Positions 9,964-19,404 of a stretch of 64,000 nt of DNA are shown here, piece after piece. A model generated the notes under the pieces. It made no database searches and was not told the origin of the DNA. It saw nothing but the letters and a program-made list of their open reading frames with translations. Numbering within the stretch: position 1 is the stretch's first letter; the number at the start of each line of letters is the position of its first letter. The stretch comes from Pseudomonadota bacterium (lineage in GTDB: Bacteria > Pseudomonadota > Alphaproteobacteria > Caedimonadales > UBA1908), in contig JAIUNT010000004.1 of the NCBI GenBank assembly GCA_020161545.1, positions 2,863 to 66,862 on the forward strand. Reading direction: 5' to 3'. Both the position numbers and the translations under genes were made by a program.

Positions 9964-10539
9964 TTAAACGCCCTTCACGACGCGCATGACGCGTGTCCAC
10001 AAGGAAACGGGTTCAGGTGTTTTGCCTTGAACATAGGCCTCTATGGTGTCGAGCACTTCATGGTGATCCCACTCGGTGCCGCCCGTGAGGCTTCCAATCA
10101 AGTACCCTTTACGGTCAAGGATATAAGTAGTGGGTAGACCCTGGAGTTTTTCAGATGACGTGCTTCCTTCGCCACTTGTTTCAAAGAAAAGGTGGAAGCG
10201 ATCTTTGTCAAAGCCAGAGACAAGTTTTTTCGCGGTCTCTTTATGGATGGGGTCCTTACACACGGCCACAACCACGACATCCTTAGCGTCAAAGGACTTG
10301 GCTAGATTATCAAGGGATGGCATTTCGCGCACACAAGGTGGGCACCAAGTGGCCCAAAAGTTCAAAACCACAATGCGTCCCTTAAAGTCGCTGATTTTGT
10401 GATTTTTGCCTTCTGCGTCTTCCACCACAAAATCAATGATGCGGTCGGCGGGATGGGTTTTGTAACGCAAAAGTTGGGCGTTTGCGTGGGTGCATATGAG
10501 GGTGATGGCGAGTACTAAAGGGGCAAAGGTGCGACTCAT
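9964..10539 (-). CDS. TlpA-family periplasmic thiol:disulfide oxidoreductase
   Basis: Signal peptide MSRTFAPLVLAITLICTHANA and thioredoxin-fold motif NFWATWCPPC. The ATG at 10539 is preceded by GGAAGGA. Confidence 0.85.
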   Translation of the reverse strand: MSRTFAPLVLAITLICTHANAQLLRYKTHPADRIIDFVVEDAEGKNHKISDFKGRIVVLNFWATWCPPCVREMPSLDNLAKSFDAKDVVVVAVCKDPIHKETAKKLVSGFDKDRFHLFFETSGEGSTSSEKLQGLPTTYILDRKGYLIGSLTGGTEWDHHEVLDTIEAYVQGKTPEPVSLWTRVMRVVKGV

Positions 10540-10606
10540 GGGTTGTCCTTCCACGTATTTCTGCTAGCCTGTGCATAGTTGTAACAAGGTCTAAGCGAGA
10601 AAGACA

Positions 10607-10771
10607 ATGGAAAAAAACATCTTTATGGCCCTGGGGCTTTGCGTTGCCCTTTTGTGTACGGGGTGCGGGCGAAGAGGTGATCCCCTGCCTGTGCCAGGAA
10701 CTGAGAAATCCTATCCCTTAACGTACCCTGCCCCCGATGAAGAAGAGCCCGAAGAGACGCCCTGCCCCTAA
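10607..10771 (+). CDS. 54-aa lipoprotein, LptM/YifL-like
   Basis: Too short for the ORF track. Reads MEKNIFMALGLCVALLCTGCGRRGDPLPVPGTEKSYPLTYPAPDEEEPEETPCP. Lipobox L-C-T-G-C is followed by G.+G.L..P, as in E. coli YifL (LTGCGLKGPLYFP). Confidence 0.5.
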   Translation: MEKNIFMALGLCVALLCTGCGRRGDPLPVPGTEKSYPLTYPAPDEEEPEETPCP

Positions 10772-10846
10772 GGGCGCGTACGAGCGTCTTGTGCATGGGG
10801 GGGTGCCTGGCTTACTGTAGAGGAAGCAAGGACATGGAAAAATATA

Positions 10847-12811
10847 ATGGAGGCCCCCATGACAAGCGCCCTTTGGACGCCCACCGACAGCGCAGTGCAC
10901 GAGACTCAAATGTATGCCTTTATGGAGAGGGCGGGTGAGGCACGTGGTCGCCCTTTTAAATCCTATGAAGATCTGCGCGCTTGGTCCGTGGAAGAGGACG
11001 AGATGTTTTGGTCGCTCTTTTGGGATTTTGCGGGCATTACGGCGTCCCGAAAAGGCGAGGTTGTTTTTGAGGCGGGTGAGTCCTTTGAGCGGGGACGCTT
11101 TTTCCCTGGGGCGCGTCTTAACTACGCAGAAAATATGTTGAAGTCCGACATCAAAGGGGACGCCCTTGTATTTTGGCAAGAGGACGGAGAGCGCTCCAGC
11201 CTCTCCATGGAAGAGCTTCGCCACGAGGTGTCTCGCTTTGCCCAAGCTCTCAGGGCGGCGGGCGTGGGAGAAGGCGACCGGGTGGCAGCCATGGGGGGCA
11301 ACAGGCCAGAGATTCTCATTGCGCTTTTAGCCACAGCGAGCTTAGGCGCCATTTTTTCCTCATGTTCCCCCGATTACGGCGCAGCCGGTGTCCTGGATCG
11401 TTTTGGCCAGGTAGAGCCAAAGGTGCTTCTTGTGACCCAGGGATTTACCTACAAGGGTATTTATTTTTGCTGCAGGGAAAAGATTGCTCTCCTCCAGGAG
11501 AGTCTACCGAGCCTGGCAAAGGTCGTCCTCATCCCAAGTGTGAAGCAAGACCCCTGGTATGAAAGCGACCACAGCATAACCCCTTATGACGCCTTTTTAG
11601 CCCCCTTTGCGCCGCAGTCCCTGACCTATACCCAGGTTCCCTTTTCCCACCCACTCATGATCCTTTTTTCCTCCGGCACAACGGGCAAGCCCAAGTGTAT
11701 TGTGCATGCCCATGGTGGGACCCTTATACAGCATCTTAAAGAACATCGCCTCCACGCTGACGTGCGTCCCGGAGACGTGCTTTTTTACTACACCACCACT
11801 AGCTGGATGATGTGGAACTGGCTCGTGTCAGGCTTGGGGTCTGGGGCTACACTCATGCTCTATGACGGATCGCCCTTTCACTCGGGTCCAAATGTGCTCT
11901 TTGACTTTGCCCAGCACGCAGGGTGCACCCACTTTGGGGTGTCTGCCAAGTATCTGGACGCTCTCGCCAAGGACGGACAAACGCCCTCCCAAACCCATGA
12001 TCTGTCCAAGATCCGTATGGTCATGTCCACAGGCTCGCCCTTGTCTCCGGAAGGCTTTGACTACGTTTATACCAACATGACACCAAACGCCTGCCTTGCC
12101 TCTATTTCTGGTGGCACCGATATTGTGTCGTGCTTTGCCCTTGGCAACCCCATAGCCCCCGTGTGGCGGGGAGAGCTTCAAACCCGTGGTCTTGGGATGG
12201 CTGTGGACGTGTGGGATAAGGACGGCAAGAGTGTTGTGGGTCAAAAGGGCGAGCTTGTGTGCACAAAGCCCTTTCCCTCCATGCCTGTGTGTTTTTGGAA
12301 TGACCCCCAGGGTGCGCGCTATCACAAGGCTTATTTTGCCCACTTTCCAGGAGTATGGCGCCACGGCGACTTTGTGGAGCTGACCCCACACGGGGGTCTT
12401 GTGATCCACGGACGCTCCGATACGGTGCTCAATCCCGGCGGTGTACGCATTGGCACAGCCGAGATTTACCGCCAGGTAGAGCATTTGGACGAGGTGCAAG
12501 AAAGCTTAGTTGTCGCCCAACAGTGGCAGGGAGACGTGCGGGTGATTCTTTTTGTGAAGCTCAAGGACGGTGTGCTCTTAAACGAGGACCTGCGCACCAA
12601 GATACGTCTCCAGATTCGTGAGAACACAACACCGCGCCATGTGCCCGCCAAAATCATCCAGGTGCCCGATATCCCCCGCACAGGTAGCGGAAAGATCGTG
12701 GAAATGGCAGTGACCGATATCATTAACGGACGCGAGGTGGCCAACACGGACGCCCTGGCCAATCCCCAGTCTTTGGACTTTTATAAAGATATCGAAGCCT
12801 TACGCTCCTAA
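10847..12811 (+). CDS. acetoacetate-CoA ligase (acetoacetyl-CoA synthetase)
   Basis: 654 aa. Contains the AMP-binding motif FSSGTTGKPKCIVH and C-terminal IPRTGSGKIVE. The N-terminal LWTP... block and overall length fit the acetoacetyl-CoA synthetase subfamily. Confidence 0.88.
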   Translation: MEAPMTSALWTPTDSAVHETQMYAFMERAGEARGRPFKSYEDLRAWSVEEDEMFWSLFWDFAGITASRKGEVVFEAGESFERGRFFPGARLNYAENMLKSDIKGDALVFWQEDGERSSLSMEELRHEVSRFAQALRAAGVGEGDRVAAMGGNRPEILIALLATASLGAIFSSCSPDYGAAGVLDRFGQVEPKVLLVTQGFTYKGIYFCCREKIALLQESLPSLAKVVLIPSVKQDPWYESDHSITPYDAFLAPFAPQSLTYTQVPFSHPLMILFSSGTTGKPKCIVHAHGGTLIQHLKEHRLHADVRPGDVLFYYTTTSWMMWNWLVSGLGSGATLMLYDGSPFHSGPNVLFDFAQHAGCTHFGVSAKYLDALAKDGQTPSQTHDLSKIRMVMSTGSPLSPEGFDYVYTNMTPNACLASISGGTDIVSCFALGNPIAPVWRGELQTRGLGMAVDVWDKDGKSVVGQKGELVCTKPFPSMPVCFWNDPQGARYHKAYFAHFPGVWRHGDFVELTPHGGLVIHGRSDTVLNPGGVRIGTAEIYRQVEHLDEVQESLVVAQQWQGDVRVILFVKLKDGVLLNEDLRTKIRLQIRENTTPRHVPAKIIQVPDIPRTGSGKIVEMAVTDIINGREVANTDALANPQSLDFYKDIEALRS

Positions 12812-14425
12812 GCGGTAAATAAGGTGCGGCCCAAAGGTCTTTTCAAGGCGCGCGCCAGGAAAGACCTGGGTGAACGCACTTGCCCGCTTTTTCCACACAA
12901 CCACAAAGCCTTTTTGGGTTTGTGCGCCCTCGCTGCTCAAGAAAAGATCAGGCCTCACCGTTTGCCCAAAAAGCAAATCACTGCTTTGGCTGTCGATCAT
13001 GTGGACAGGACCTTTGAGATAAAAGGCCACGCCTGAGATGCGTTCATAGTCTTGATAGAAAAAAACTTGCTCCCTTTGGTCGGCAAGGTAGCGTCCCGTT
13101 GATTTTCCTGAAACCTCGTCCTCAGCCACAGGCATCATTTGTGCGCAAACCGTGAGCAGCATCGCCATGGAGAGATTGACATAAACGGGACCTGTGGGGG
13201 CTTTTTTGCGCCCCAAAAAAAGGATCCCAAAAAGCGCGAGTCCAAGAGCAGCCCAGCCCCCATAGGTGGCGCTTGAAAAATGCACGAGGTAGCGGGAGAA
13301 CTCGCTTAAAAGAACGCGCTCATTCATATGATCTGCCAGGAGCATCAGGGGCAGGAAGACGCTCAGGAGAAGGCCTATAAGCGCGCTCAGGCGAAAGGTA
13401 TTCTGGGAGGAGAGCTTTATGGCCAGCATCATGGCAAGACTTGGAATGGCCGCCATCAGGTAATAATTTGCCTTTGCTTGAGAGAGCGAAAAAAAGGCAA
13501 AAATGGTGCAAAAAGAGACGGCCATGAACACACAGAGGCTGTCACGGGGCTTATGCTTTTGAAAGAAAAACCGAGGCAGGAAGAATGTCCAGGGAAGCAT
13601 GTAAAGCAGGACGCGCCATGTGTAATAGGTGATGGGGCCGCTGTAATAATCCTTGGGCACGCGCTTGCCCAGAAAGCGCAGAACATGCTCGTTGATAAAA
13701 TAAAAGTGTGCAAAGGTCTCAAGCTTCAGGCTTGCAAGGATATGCCAGGGGGACGCTAGGGCCACAAAAAGCACAATCCCCCACGGGTCAAGGGGCATAA
13801 AGAACGAGGTGTCGTGATGGCGGGCGTGCAACCCCCAAAAAACACACCACACAAGGCCAATGAGCACAAGGGCCACAAGGCCCTTGGTCATGACAGCGCC
13901 GGCCACAAAGGCGTAAAGGGCAAGTTTGGGTGCGCGCGCTTTGGTTTTCCACCCCAGATAAAGGCTTAAAAGAGCGCCCGTTAGGAAAAATGTGAAAAGT
14001 CCGTCAAAGAAAATATTGCGAGAAAAAATCACAAATCCCAAGCTGCTTCCCAGGATGGTGGCGGTTATGAGGGCGCATTTCTCACCACGCAGGCGCGCCA
14101 TAAAAGCGGCGCAAAGGCTAGTCGTCAAAAGGCCCGCAAGGGCGGGAGTGAGCCGTGCAGCAAATTCCGTTGTGCCAAAAAGATGAAAGCACCCGCTCAT
14201 AAGCCAGTAAAGGAGGGGTGGCTTTTCAATATAGGGTACGCCGTTCACGCTTGGGATGATGAAGTTGCCGCTCATGAACATGTCGCGCGCAATGGTGGCG
14301 TAAAGGCCCTCATTGTTATCAAGAAGTCCGTAGGAACCCAGACCCACAAAAAAGAGTGCGGTGCACGAAAAGATGACCAAAACCCATAGAGCGCGCATCC
14401 ACATGTTTGACGAAGGGTGCGTCAT
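12800..14425 (-). CDS. ArnT/PMT-like (GT39/GT83) membrane glycosyltransferase
   Basis: 541 aa and polytopic. The N-terminal loop NEGLYATIARDMFMSGNFIIPSVNGVPYIEKPPLLYW is the typical ArnT-family signature. Confidence 0.8.
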   Translation of the reverse strand: MTHPSSNMWMRALWVLVIFSCTALFFVGLGSYGLLDNNEGLYATIARDMFMSGNFIIPSVNGVPYIEKPPLLYWLMSGCFHLFGTTEFAARLTPALAGLLTTSLCAAFMARLRGEKCALITATILGSSLGFVIFSRNIFFDGLFTFFLTGALLSLYLGWKTKARAPKLALYAFVAGAVMTKGLVALVLIGLVWCVFWGLHARHHDTSFFMPLDPWGIVLFVALASPWHILASLKLETFAHFYFINEHVLRFLGKRVPKDYYSGPITYYTWRVLLYMLPWTFFLPRFFFQKHKPRDSLCVFMAVSFCTIFAFFSLSQAKANYYLMAAIPSLAMMLAIKLSSQNTFRLSALIGLLLSVFLPLMLLADHMNERVLLSEFSRYLVHFSSATYGGWAALGLALFGILFLGRKKAPTGPVYVNLSMAMLLTVCAQMMPVAEDEVSGKSTGRYLADQREQVFFYQDYERISGVAFYLKGPVHMIDSQSSDLLFGQTVRPDLFLSSEGAQTQKGFVVVWKKRASAFTQVFPGARLEKTFGPHLIYRLGA

Positions 14426-14429
14426 TTGC

Positions 14430-15233
14430 CTAGAGCCTTAAGAGATCATTGATGGCTGTTTTGTGCCGTGTTTTCTCATCCACTTGCTTGATGAGAACGG
14501 CGCACTGAAGCGCCACCCCGCTGTCGCCGGCCATGGTGCCCGGCACCACAACGGCGTAGGCCGGGACGCGTCCATAGGTGACGCGTCCTGTGGCCCGCTC
14601 AACCAGTGGCGTGGAGGCGCCCATCTTCGTGCCCATGCCAATGACGGCACCTTCTTCCACCACAACGCCTTCCACAAGACACGCGCTCGCTCCCACAAAG
14701 ACGTGGTCCTCAATAATGACGGGACTGGCTTGGACGGGCTCCACAACGCCTCCTATCATGGCGCCTGCGCTGATGTGACACTTTTTCCCGATCTGAGCGC
14801 ACGATCCAATGGCCGCCCCCATATCAATGAGGGTCCCCTCGTCAATGTAGGCGCCAAAATTTGTAAAGCTGGGCATGAGGATACACTTGGGCGCCACATA
14901 GGTTCCGCGCCGTACAAGGGCCCCTGGCACCACACGAAAGTCAGCTTTTTCAAAGGTGGCCTCATCCCAGCCCTCAAACTTGCTGGGTATTTTGTCATAG
15001 CCCGTCATGGGAAAGGTCATGAGGCGTGTGGGGGTCAAAGGAAAGGACAACAGAAGTGCTTTTTTCAACCACGCTTGAGTATGCCAGGTGCCATTTTGTT
15101 TCTCGCACACACGAAGCGCGCCTCGGTCGAGATCAAGGATGATCTCTTGAAGGGCTTCGGGTAAACCAGGGTGGGGAGTGTTCTTATTCTCCCAAGCGGT
15201 TTCAACGAGGTATTTTAAAGGGGACATGGGCAA
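14430..15233 (-). CDS. dapD: 2,3,4,5-tetrahydropyridine-2,6-dicarboxylate N-succinyltransferase
   Basis: 267 aa. It has a left-handed beta-helix hexapeptide region (IGSCAQIGKKCHISAGAMIGGVVEP...) behind a DapD-type N-terminal domain. Confidence 0.88.
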   Translation of the reverse strand: MPMSPLKYLVETAWENKNTPHPGLPEALQEIILDLDRGALRVCEKQNGTWHTQAWLKKALLLSFPLTPTRLMTFPMTGYDKIPSKFEGWDEATFEKADFRVVPGALVRRGTYVAPKCILMPSFTNFGAYIDEGTLIDMGAAIGSCAQIGKKCHISAGAMIGGVVEPVQASPVIIEDHVFVGASACLVEGVVVEEGAVIGMGTKMGASTPLVERATGRVTYGRVPAYAVVVPGTMAGDSGVALQCAVLIKQVDEKTRHKTAINDLLRL

Positions 15234-15245
15234 TCTCCTAAAGTT

Positions 15246-15683
15246 CTATGAGGAAAGGGCGGGGGACGTGATCTTTGCCCCCAAGGTTGCGCCAATGCGC
15301 GCAAAGGTCCCGCGTGGGAGCTCTAAAGCGCCGACGACCTTTGTGGGCGAGGATATTGACGTGCGCGCAAAGGGAGTGAGCTCCCCCATCATCACAATGC
15401 GCCCATCCTGTGTGAAAAAGGCCAAGTCGAGGGCAAGGGGGGTATCTTTCATCCAAAACGTTGCCACGCGTTCTTTATCAAACAAGAAAAGCATGCCTTG
15501 GTGAGGCGCAAGGCGTGTGACACCCATGAGTCCTTTTCTTAAGGACGCTTCGTCCTTAGCAACAGCAACAGAAAAGGTTTCGCCGCCAAGGTCCAAGGGC
15601 GTGTCAAAGGTCAGGGCGCTGATACCACGCGCCCAAAGCGCGCACACCAAAAGGACGAAAAGGCACTTGCCTAGGGCGCGCAT
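15246..15683 (-). CDS. DUF192 domain protein (secreted)
   Basis: Signal peptide, then GLMGV..L....GMLFLFD......FWMKDTPLALDLAFF..DGRIV, the DUF192 pattern. Its ATG overlaps the rnhA stop (TAATG). Confidence 0.75.
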   Translation of the reverse strand: MRALGKCLFVLLVCALWARGISALTFDTPLDLGGETFSVAVAKDEASLRKGLMGVTRLAPHQGMLFLFDKERVATFWMKDTPLALDLAFFTQDGRIVMMGELTPFARTSISSPTKVVGALELPRGTFARIGATLGAKITSPALSS

Positions 15684-16156
15684 TACTGGCCGGCTTGTTT
15701 AAGGGTCTGTTGCATCATGATTTGCACGATGGCGCCGCGGGCCAGGACGTCAGCGCGTTCATTTTCCTCGTGTCCGCTGTGGCCCTTGACCCAAAACCAG
15801 CTGATGTCGTGGTTCGCGCACAGGGCGTCGAGCTCTTCCCAAAGGTCTTGGTTTTTGACCGCAGATCCAGAGGCCGTACGCCAGCCACTTTTCTTCCATT
15901 TGTGGATCCAGGAGGTAATGCCGTCCTTCAGATAAGTGCTGTCTGTATGCAGGCGTACTTGGTGCCGGCCCTCCAGCGCCTTAAGACCTTGGGTTGCGGC
16001 CATCATTTCCATACGGTTATTGGTGGTTTGGGGATCATTTCCCGCGAGCTCCTTTTCCGTGCCATCGGCAAAACGGATAATCACGCCCCATCCACCAGGA
16101 CCAGGGTTACCACTGCAGGCGCCGTCCGTGTAAAGATCAGCTAAAGGAAGGGACAT
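15683..16156 (-). CDS. rnhA: ribonuclease HI
   Basis: 157 aa. Contains YTDGACSGNPGPGGWG, TNNRMEM, and HTDS.Y...I..W. Confidence 0.95.
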   Translation of the reverse strand: MSLPLADLYTDGACSGNPGPGGWGVIIRFADGTEKELAGNDPQTTNNRMEMMAATQGLKALEGRHQVRLHTDSTYLKDGITSWIHKWKKSGWRTASGSAVKNQDLWEELDALCANHDISWFWVKGHSGHEENERADVLARGAIVQIMMQQTLKQAGQ

Positions 16157-16242
16157 GGGGAGAAAACCTTTCTTGTGAATATATACCCTTTATGCTTACC
16201 TTAAGGGCGATTGTTGGTCAAAGAGAATCAAAAGGAAGAAAG

Positions 16243-16482
16243 ATGGAAAAACCCGTGTGTCCCCAAAAAGCTCCTTACCGTGTAACCCTGGAAGAAGGCA
16301 AGACTTATTATTGGTGCACTTGTGGTCTGAGTGCCAAGCAACCTTTTTGTGATGGCGCCCACAAGGGCGGGGCGTTTTCGCCTCTCAAATGGGTGGCCGA
16401 TAAAACCCAAACCACGTCTCTGTGTGGTTGTAAAGCAACTATGCGCGCCCCTTTGTGTGATGGATCTCATATGCTAGAATAG
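16243..16482 (+). CDS. CDGSH iron-sulfur domain protein
   Basis: Two CDGSH-type motifs (C.C......PFCDGAH and CGC......PLCDGSH). I trimmed the track ORF to the internal ATG (MEKPVCPQ). Confidence 0.8.
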   Translation: MEKPVCPQKAPYRVTLEEGKTYYWCTCGLSAKQPFCDGAHKGGAFSPLKWVADKTQTTSLCGCKATMRAPLCDGSHMLE

Positions 16483-16514
16483 GGCGTTACAATAAAAAAC
16501 AGGGAGAAAAAAGA

Positions 16515-16880
16515 ATGATCATCAAAGGGTTACTTATGGGTGCGCTGTGTGTGGTGTTGCTGACCAAGGATGCGTGCGCATCATCTGAGAGTCAGCGCAA
16601 TGGGCTGCCCCAATCGTTTGTTGTAAGCCGGTTGAATGATTTTAAAAATGGGAGGCAAGTATACTTTCCGCCCGCCAAGCGCGCCTTTGAGAAGTGTGGA
16701 TGGCGTACGCTCCCGGCTGAGGATCATGTGGTGCGAGAGACACAAATCACCGAGGTCAATGAACCCGCCTCCCCAACGATTTACCAGAAATACTCCGCTT
16801 ACCAAACTTTCGAAGTGTTAGAGGCAGATTCACGCCTACACTATCAACTGCGAATTTGCGCCATCAAGCGCGGGGATTGA
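16515..16880 (+). CDS. hypothetical secreted protein
   Basis: Signal peptide MIIKGLLMGALCVVLLTKDACA. A GGGAGA sequence lies upstream. No family recognised. Confidence 0.5.
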   Translation: MIIKGLLMGALCVVLLTKDACASSESQRNGLPQSFVVSRLNDFKNGRQVYFPPAKRAFEKCGWRTLPAEDHVVRETQITEVNEPASPTIYQKYSAYQTFEVLEADSRLHYQLRICAIKRGD

Positions 16881-16941
16881 TATCCTCCTAGAGACGAAAG
16901 CCTTGCGTGCCCTTCCTAGAACGTGTATACCATGCGGGAAG

Positions 16942-17016
16942 GGGCGCATAGCTCAGCGGGAGAGCGCTACGTTGACATCGTAGAGGTCGCTGGTTCAATC
17001 CCAGTTGCGCCCACCA
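16942..17016 (+). tRNA. tRNA-Val (anticodon GAC)
   Basis: Hand-folded cloverleaf. Acceptor gggcgca/tgcgccc; D arm gctc-agcggga-gagc; anticodon stem ctacg/cgtag with loop ttGACat; T arm gctgg-ttcaatc-ccagt; encoded CCA. Confidence 0.9.
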
Positions 17017-17038
17017 TTTTTCCACTCGGGAGATCACC

Positions 17039-17497
17039 ATGTTCTTGCGTCTTGTATGTTTTTGCATGCTCAGTCTTACGAGTGTTTTTGCAAGTTCCCC
17101 GTCCGTATCCCTTGAAAAGCCCTGGGCCAGGCCCGCAGACATCGGATACAACAGCGCCGTTTACTTGCGCCTTGAAAATAAAGGAGACGCGCCCCTTGTG
17201 ATTGTGGGCGCTCTTTGTGACGCGAGCAAAAAGGTCGAACTCCACGAGACCGTTGAGGTAGAGGGCGTGTCCAAAATGATCCCCATGGACGCCGCCCATC
17301 CTTGGACGGTGACGCCCGGTGAGACGCTCCACCTCGCGCCCGGGGGCAAGCATGTGATGCTCATAGGCCTCACCCGCGCACTGGAAAACGGGGAAGAAGT
17401 CCTCGTCACCCTTCTCACAAAGGATGGGGACAAGATTGCGGTACGGGCGGCCATCCAAAAGGGGGCCGGCACCTGCGGAAGCTGTTGCGGCTCTTAA
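17039..17497 (+). CDS. copper chaperone PCu(A)C (DUF461)
   Basis: Signal peptide, then ..W.RP......AVYL.L.N.GD....L......A...ELHET......V.KM, and the GGKHVML (H.M) motif. Confidence 0.8.
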   Translation: MFLRLVCFCMLSLTSVFASSPSVSLEKPWARPADIGYNSAVYLRLENKGDAPLVIVGALCDASKKVELHETVEVEGVSKMIPMDAAHPWTVTPGETLHLAPGGKHVMLIGLTRALENGEEVLVTLLTKDGDKIAVRAAIQKGAGTCGSCCGS

Positions 17498-17589
17498 GGG
17501 TTTGTTAAGAATTTATTAAGGATTATGTGGTCCACTTTTGCGCCCCGGTATCCGGGGTTTGCTTGTTTGAGAGTCACTTAGGGCGATTT

Positions 17590-19404
17590 ATGAAGTTTTC
17601 ACAACGTTTCGTGGATGAGTTACGTCACAGACTGTCCATCGCCCAAGTTGTGGGGGCGAAGGTCAAACTTGCGCGCCGTGGCACAGCTGTTAAAGGATGC
17701 TGCCCCTTTCACCATGAAAAAACACCTTCATTCCACGTGTATGAAAAAGATGGCCATTACCACTGCTTTGGCTGTGGGGCCCATGGGGACGCCATTGATT
17801 TCGTGCGTTTGACCCAGAACATTTCCTTCGGAGACGCCGTGGTGGCCCTTGCCCAAGGGGCAGGCATGCCACTGCCTGTGGAAGACCCCCAGGAAACCAT
17901 TAAGGATACAAGGCTCGATGCCCTGCGTGCCCTGATGAAAGAAGCATGCAGCTATTTTCAGGCACAGCTTAAGGCCAGTGAAGGGTGGCGGGCCCGGGAG
18001 TATTTGAAGGCCCGCGCCGTTTCCCCTGACATCCAGGCGCGCTTTGCCCTTGGCTTTGCCCCAGAAGGGCCGGGTCTTATGGACCACCTCAAGGCCCGTG
18101 GGTTCACCCTTGCCCAGATGAATGAAGCGGGTCTTATTCTCGATGGCCGCGCCGTCAGATCTCGCTTTGGTGGACGGGTGATTTTCCCCATTTGGGACAG
18201 ACAAGGCCGGGTCATTGCTTTTGGTGGCCGTATTCTTGGGGAAGGCACGCCCAAATATCTGAACTCCCCAGAAACACCTCTATTCCATAAAGGACGCGAG
18301 CTTTACGCCCACCCACAGGCTTTTGCAGAGAAAAGTAAAGACGCGCCTCTTATTGTATGTGAGGGATACACAGACGCGCTGAGTTTATATCAAGCGGGAT
18401 ACGCCCGCGCGGTGGCGCCCCTGGGGACAGCGCTGACCCCTGAGCAAATTGCCCTTTTGTGGCGTATGTCCAGTGAACCCGTTTTGTGTTTTGACGGAGA
18501 CATGGCCGGACAAAAGGCTCTCGCGCGCGCCCTTGAGCGCGCCCTGCCCATCCTGAAGCCTGGATACTCCTTAGCCTTTGTGAGTCTTCCCAAGGGAGAG
18601 GATCCCGCAAGTCTTCTCGAGCGCGGTCAGGGGCGTCTGTTTGAGCAGCTTCTTGAGGCCAAGAAAACCCTCTCCCAAGCATTCTGGGACGGCTTTGAGG
18701 TCCGCCTTAAGGCCGCCAAAACCCCAGAGGCGCGTGCGCTCATTGAAAAAGAGTTCTTTGATACCCTTGCCACCATTACGGATGAAGGGGTGCGAGGACA
18801 CTACCGCCAAGAAATGAAGGACCGTCTTTTTACGTGGCAAAGAACCTCTTCGCGCAAGAAGACAAAACAGACTCAGCCCACCTCACCCCAGGGTGCGCGT
18901 GTACACGCGTCCCACATGCGGGCAAAGGCAATTTTGGTGACTTTTATCAATCATCCCACGTGGCTTTTGGATGAGTGTGAGGCGCTCATGACCCTGAAGA
19001 TGCCTACCCCTGCCCTGGAAAGGGTGCGCGAAGAGATTTTAGAGTGGGTCAGTGCGCAAAAAAAGCTTGACGCGCACGCTTTGAAGGCCCATCTGAAAGA
19101 GGGGGGACTCCATGAGGCGATGCACGACCTCTTCTCCCGCGATATTTATTTGCATGCCCCTTTTGCAAAGACGGCAGCGACCCAGGCGGAAGTAGTGACC
19201 GGGTGGCGCGGTCTTCTGGAAAGTTGGCATCTTTTGGAGGAAGGACTTGGCGAAGTTCTGTCTTGGAAAAACACGCTAAGCACCGATTTGAATCCACACA
19301 CATGGTCCCAGGTGCGTCGTTTGCGCACCTCCATGGAAAAGCATTATGAACAGCTCACCCAAGAAGGTGAGCCCAATTTAGAAAGGCTGGAAGGATCAGG
19401 ATGA
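17590..19404 (+). CDS. dnaG: DNA primase
   Basis: Zinc ribbon [30 protein letters not shown] and Toprim motif [12 protein letters not shown] trimmed the track ORF to the ATG at 17590 ([12 protein letters not shown]). Confidence 0.95.
   Translation: MKFSQRFVDELRHRLSIAQVVGAKVKLARRGTAVKGCCPFHHEKTPSFHVYEKDGHYHCFGCGAHGDAIDFVRLTQNISFGDAVVALAQGAGMPLPVEDPQETIKDTRLDALRALMKEACSYFQAQLKASEGWRAREYLKARAVSPDIQARFALGFAPEGPGLMDHLKARGFTLAQMNEAGLILDGRAVRSRFGGRVIFPIWDRQGRVIAFGGRILGEGTPKYLNSPETPLFHKGRELYAHPQAFAEKSKDAPLIVCEGYTDALSLYQAGYARAVAPLGTALTPEQIALLWRMSSEPVLCFDGDMAGQKALARALERALPILKPGYSLAFVSLPKGEDPASLLERGQGRLFEQLLEAKKTLSQAFWDGFEVRLKAAKTPEARALIEKEFFDTLATITDEGVRGHYRQEMKDRLFTWQRTSSRKKTKQTQPTSPQGARVHASHMRAKAILVTFINHPTWLLDECEALMTLKMPTPALERVREEILEWVSAQKKLDAHALKAHLKEGGLHEAMHDLFSRDIYLHAPFAKTAATQAEVVTGWRGLLESWHLLEEGLGEVLSWKNTLSTDLNPHTWSQVRRLRTSMEKHYEQLTQEGEPNLERLEGSG

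Noticed and set aside
9941-10000. Upstream start giving a 653-aa form of the large hypothetical protein
   Set aside because: It would overlap the TlpA-like gene by 37 nt and adds an Arg-rich, non-protein-like 20 aa. The internal ATG at 9940 leaves a normal 23-nt spacer. This remains uncertain.
16888-17458. ORFs overlapping tRNA-Val (16888..17151, 16923..17201, 16967..17458). ORF 36981..37211 similarly overlaps tRNA-Arg.
   Set aside because: They run across tRNA genes or are antisense to the PCu(A)C and M23 genes, so they are spurious.
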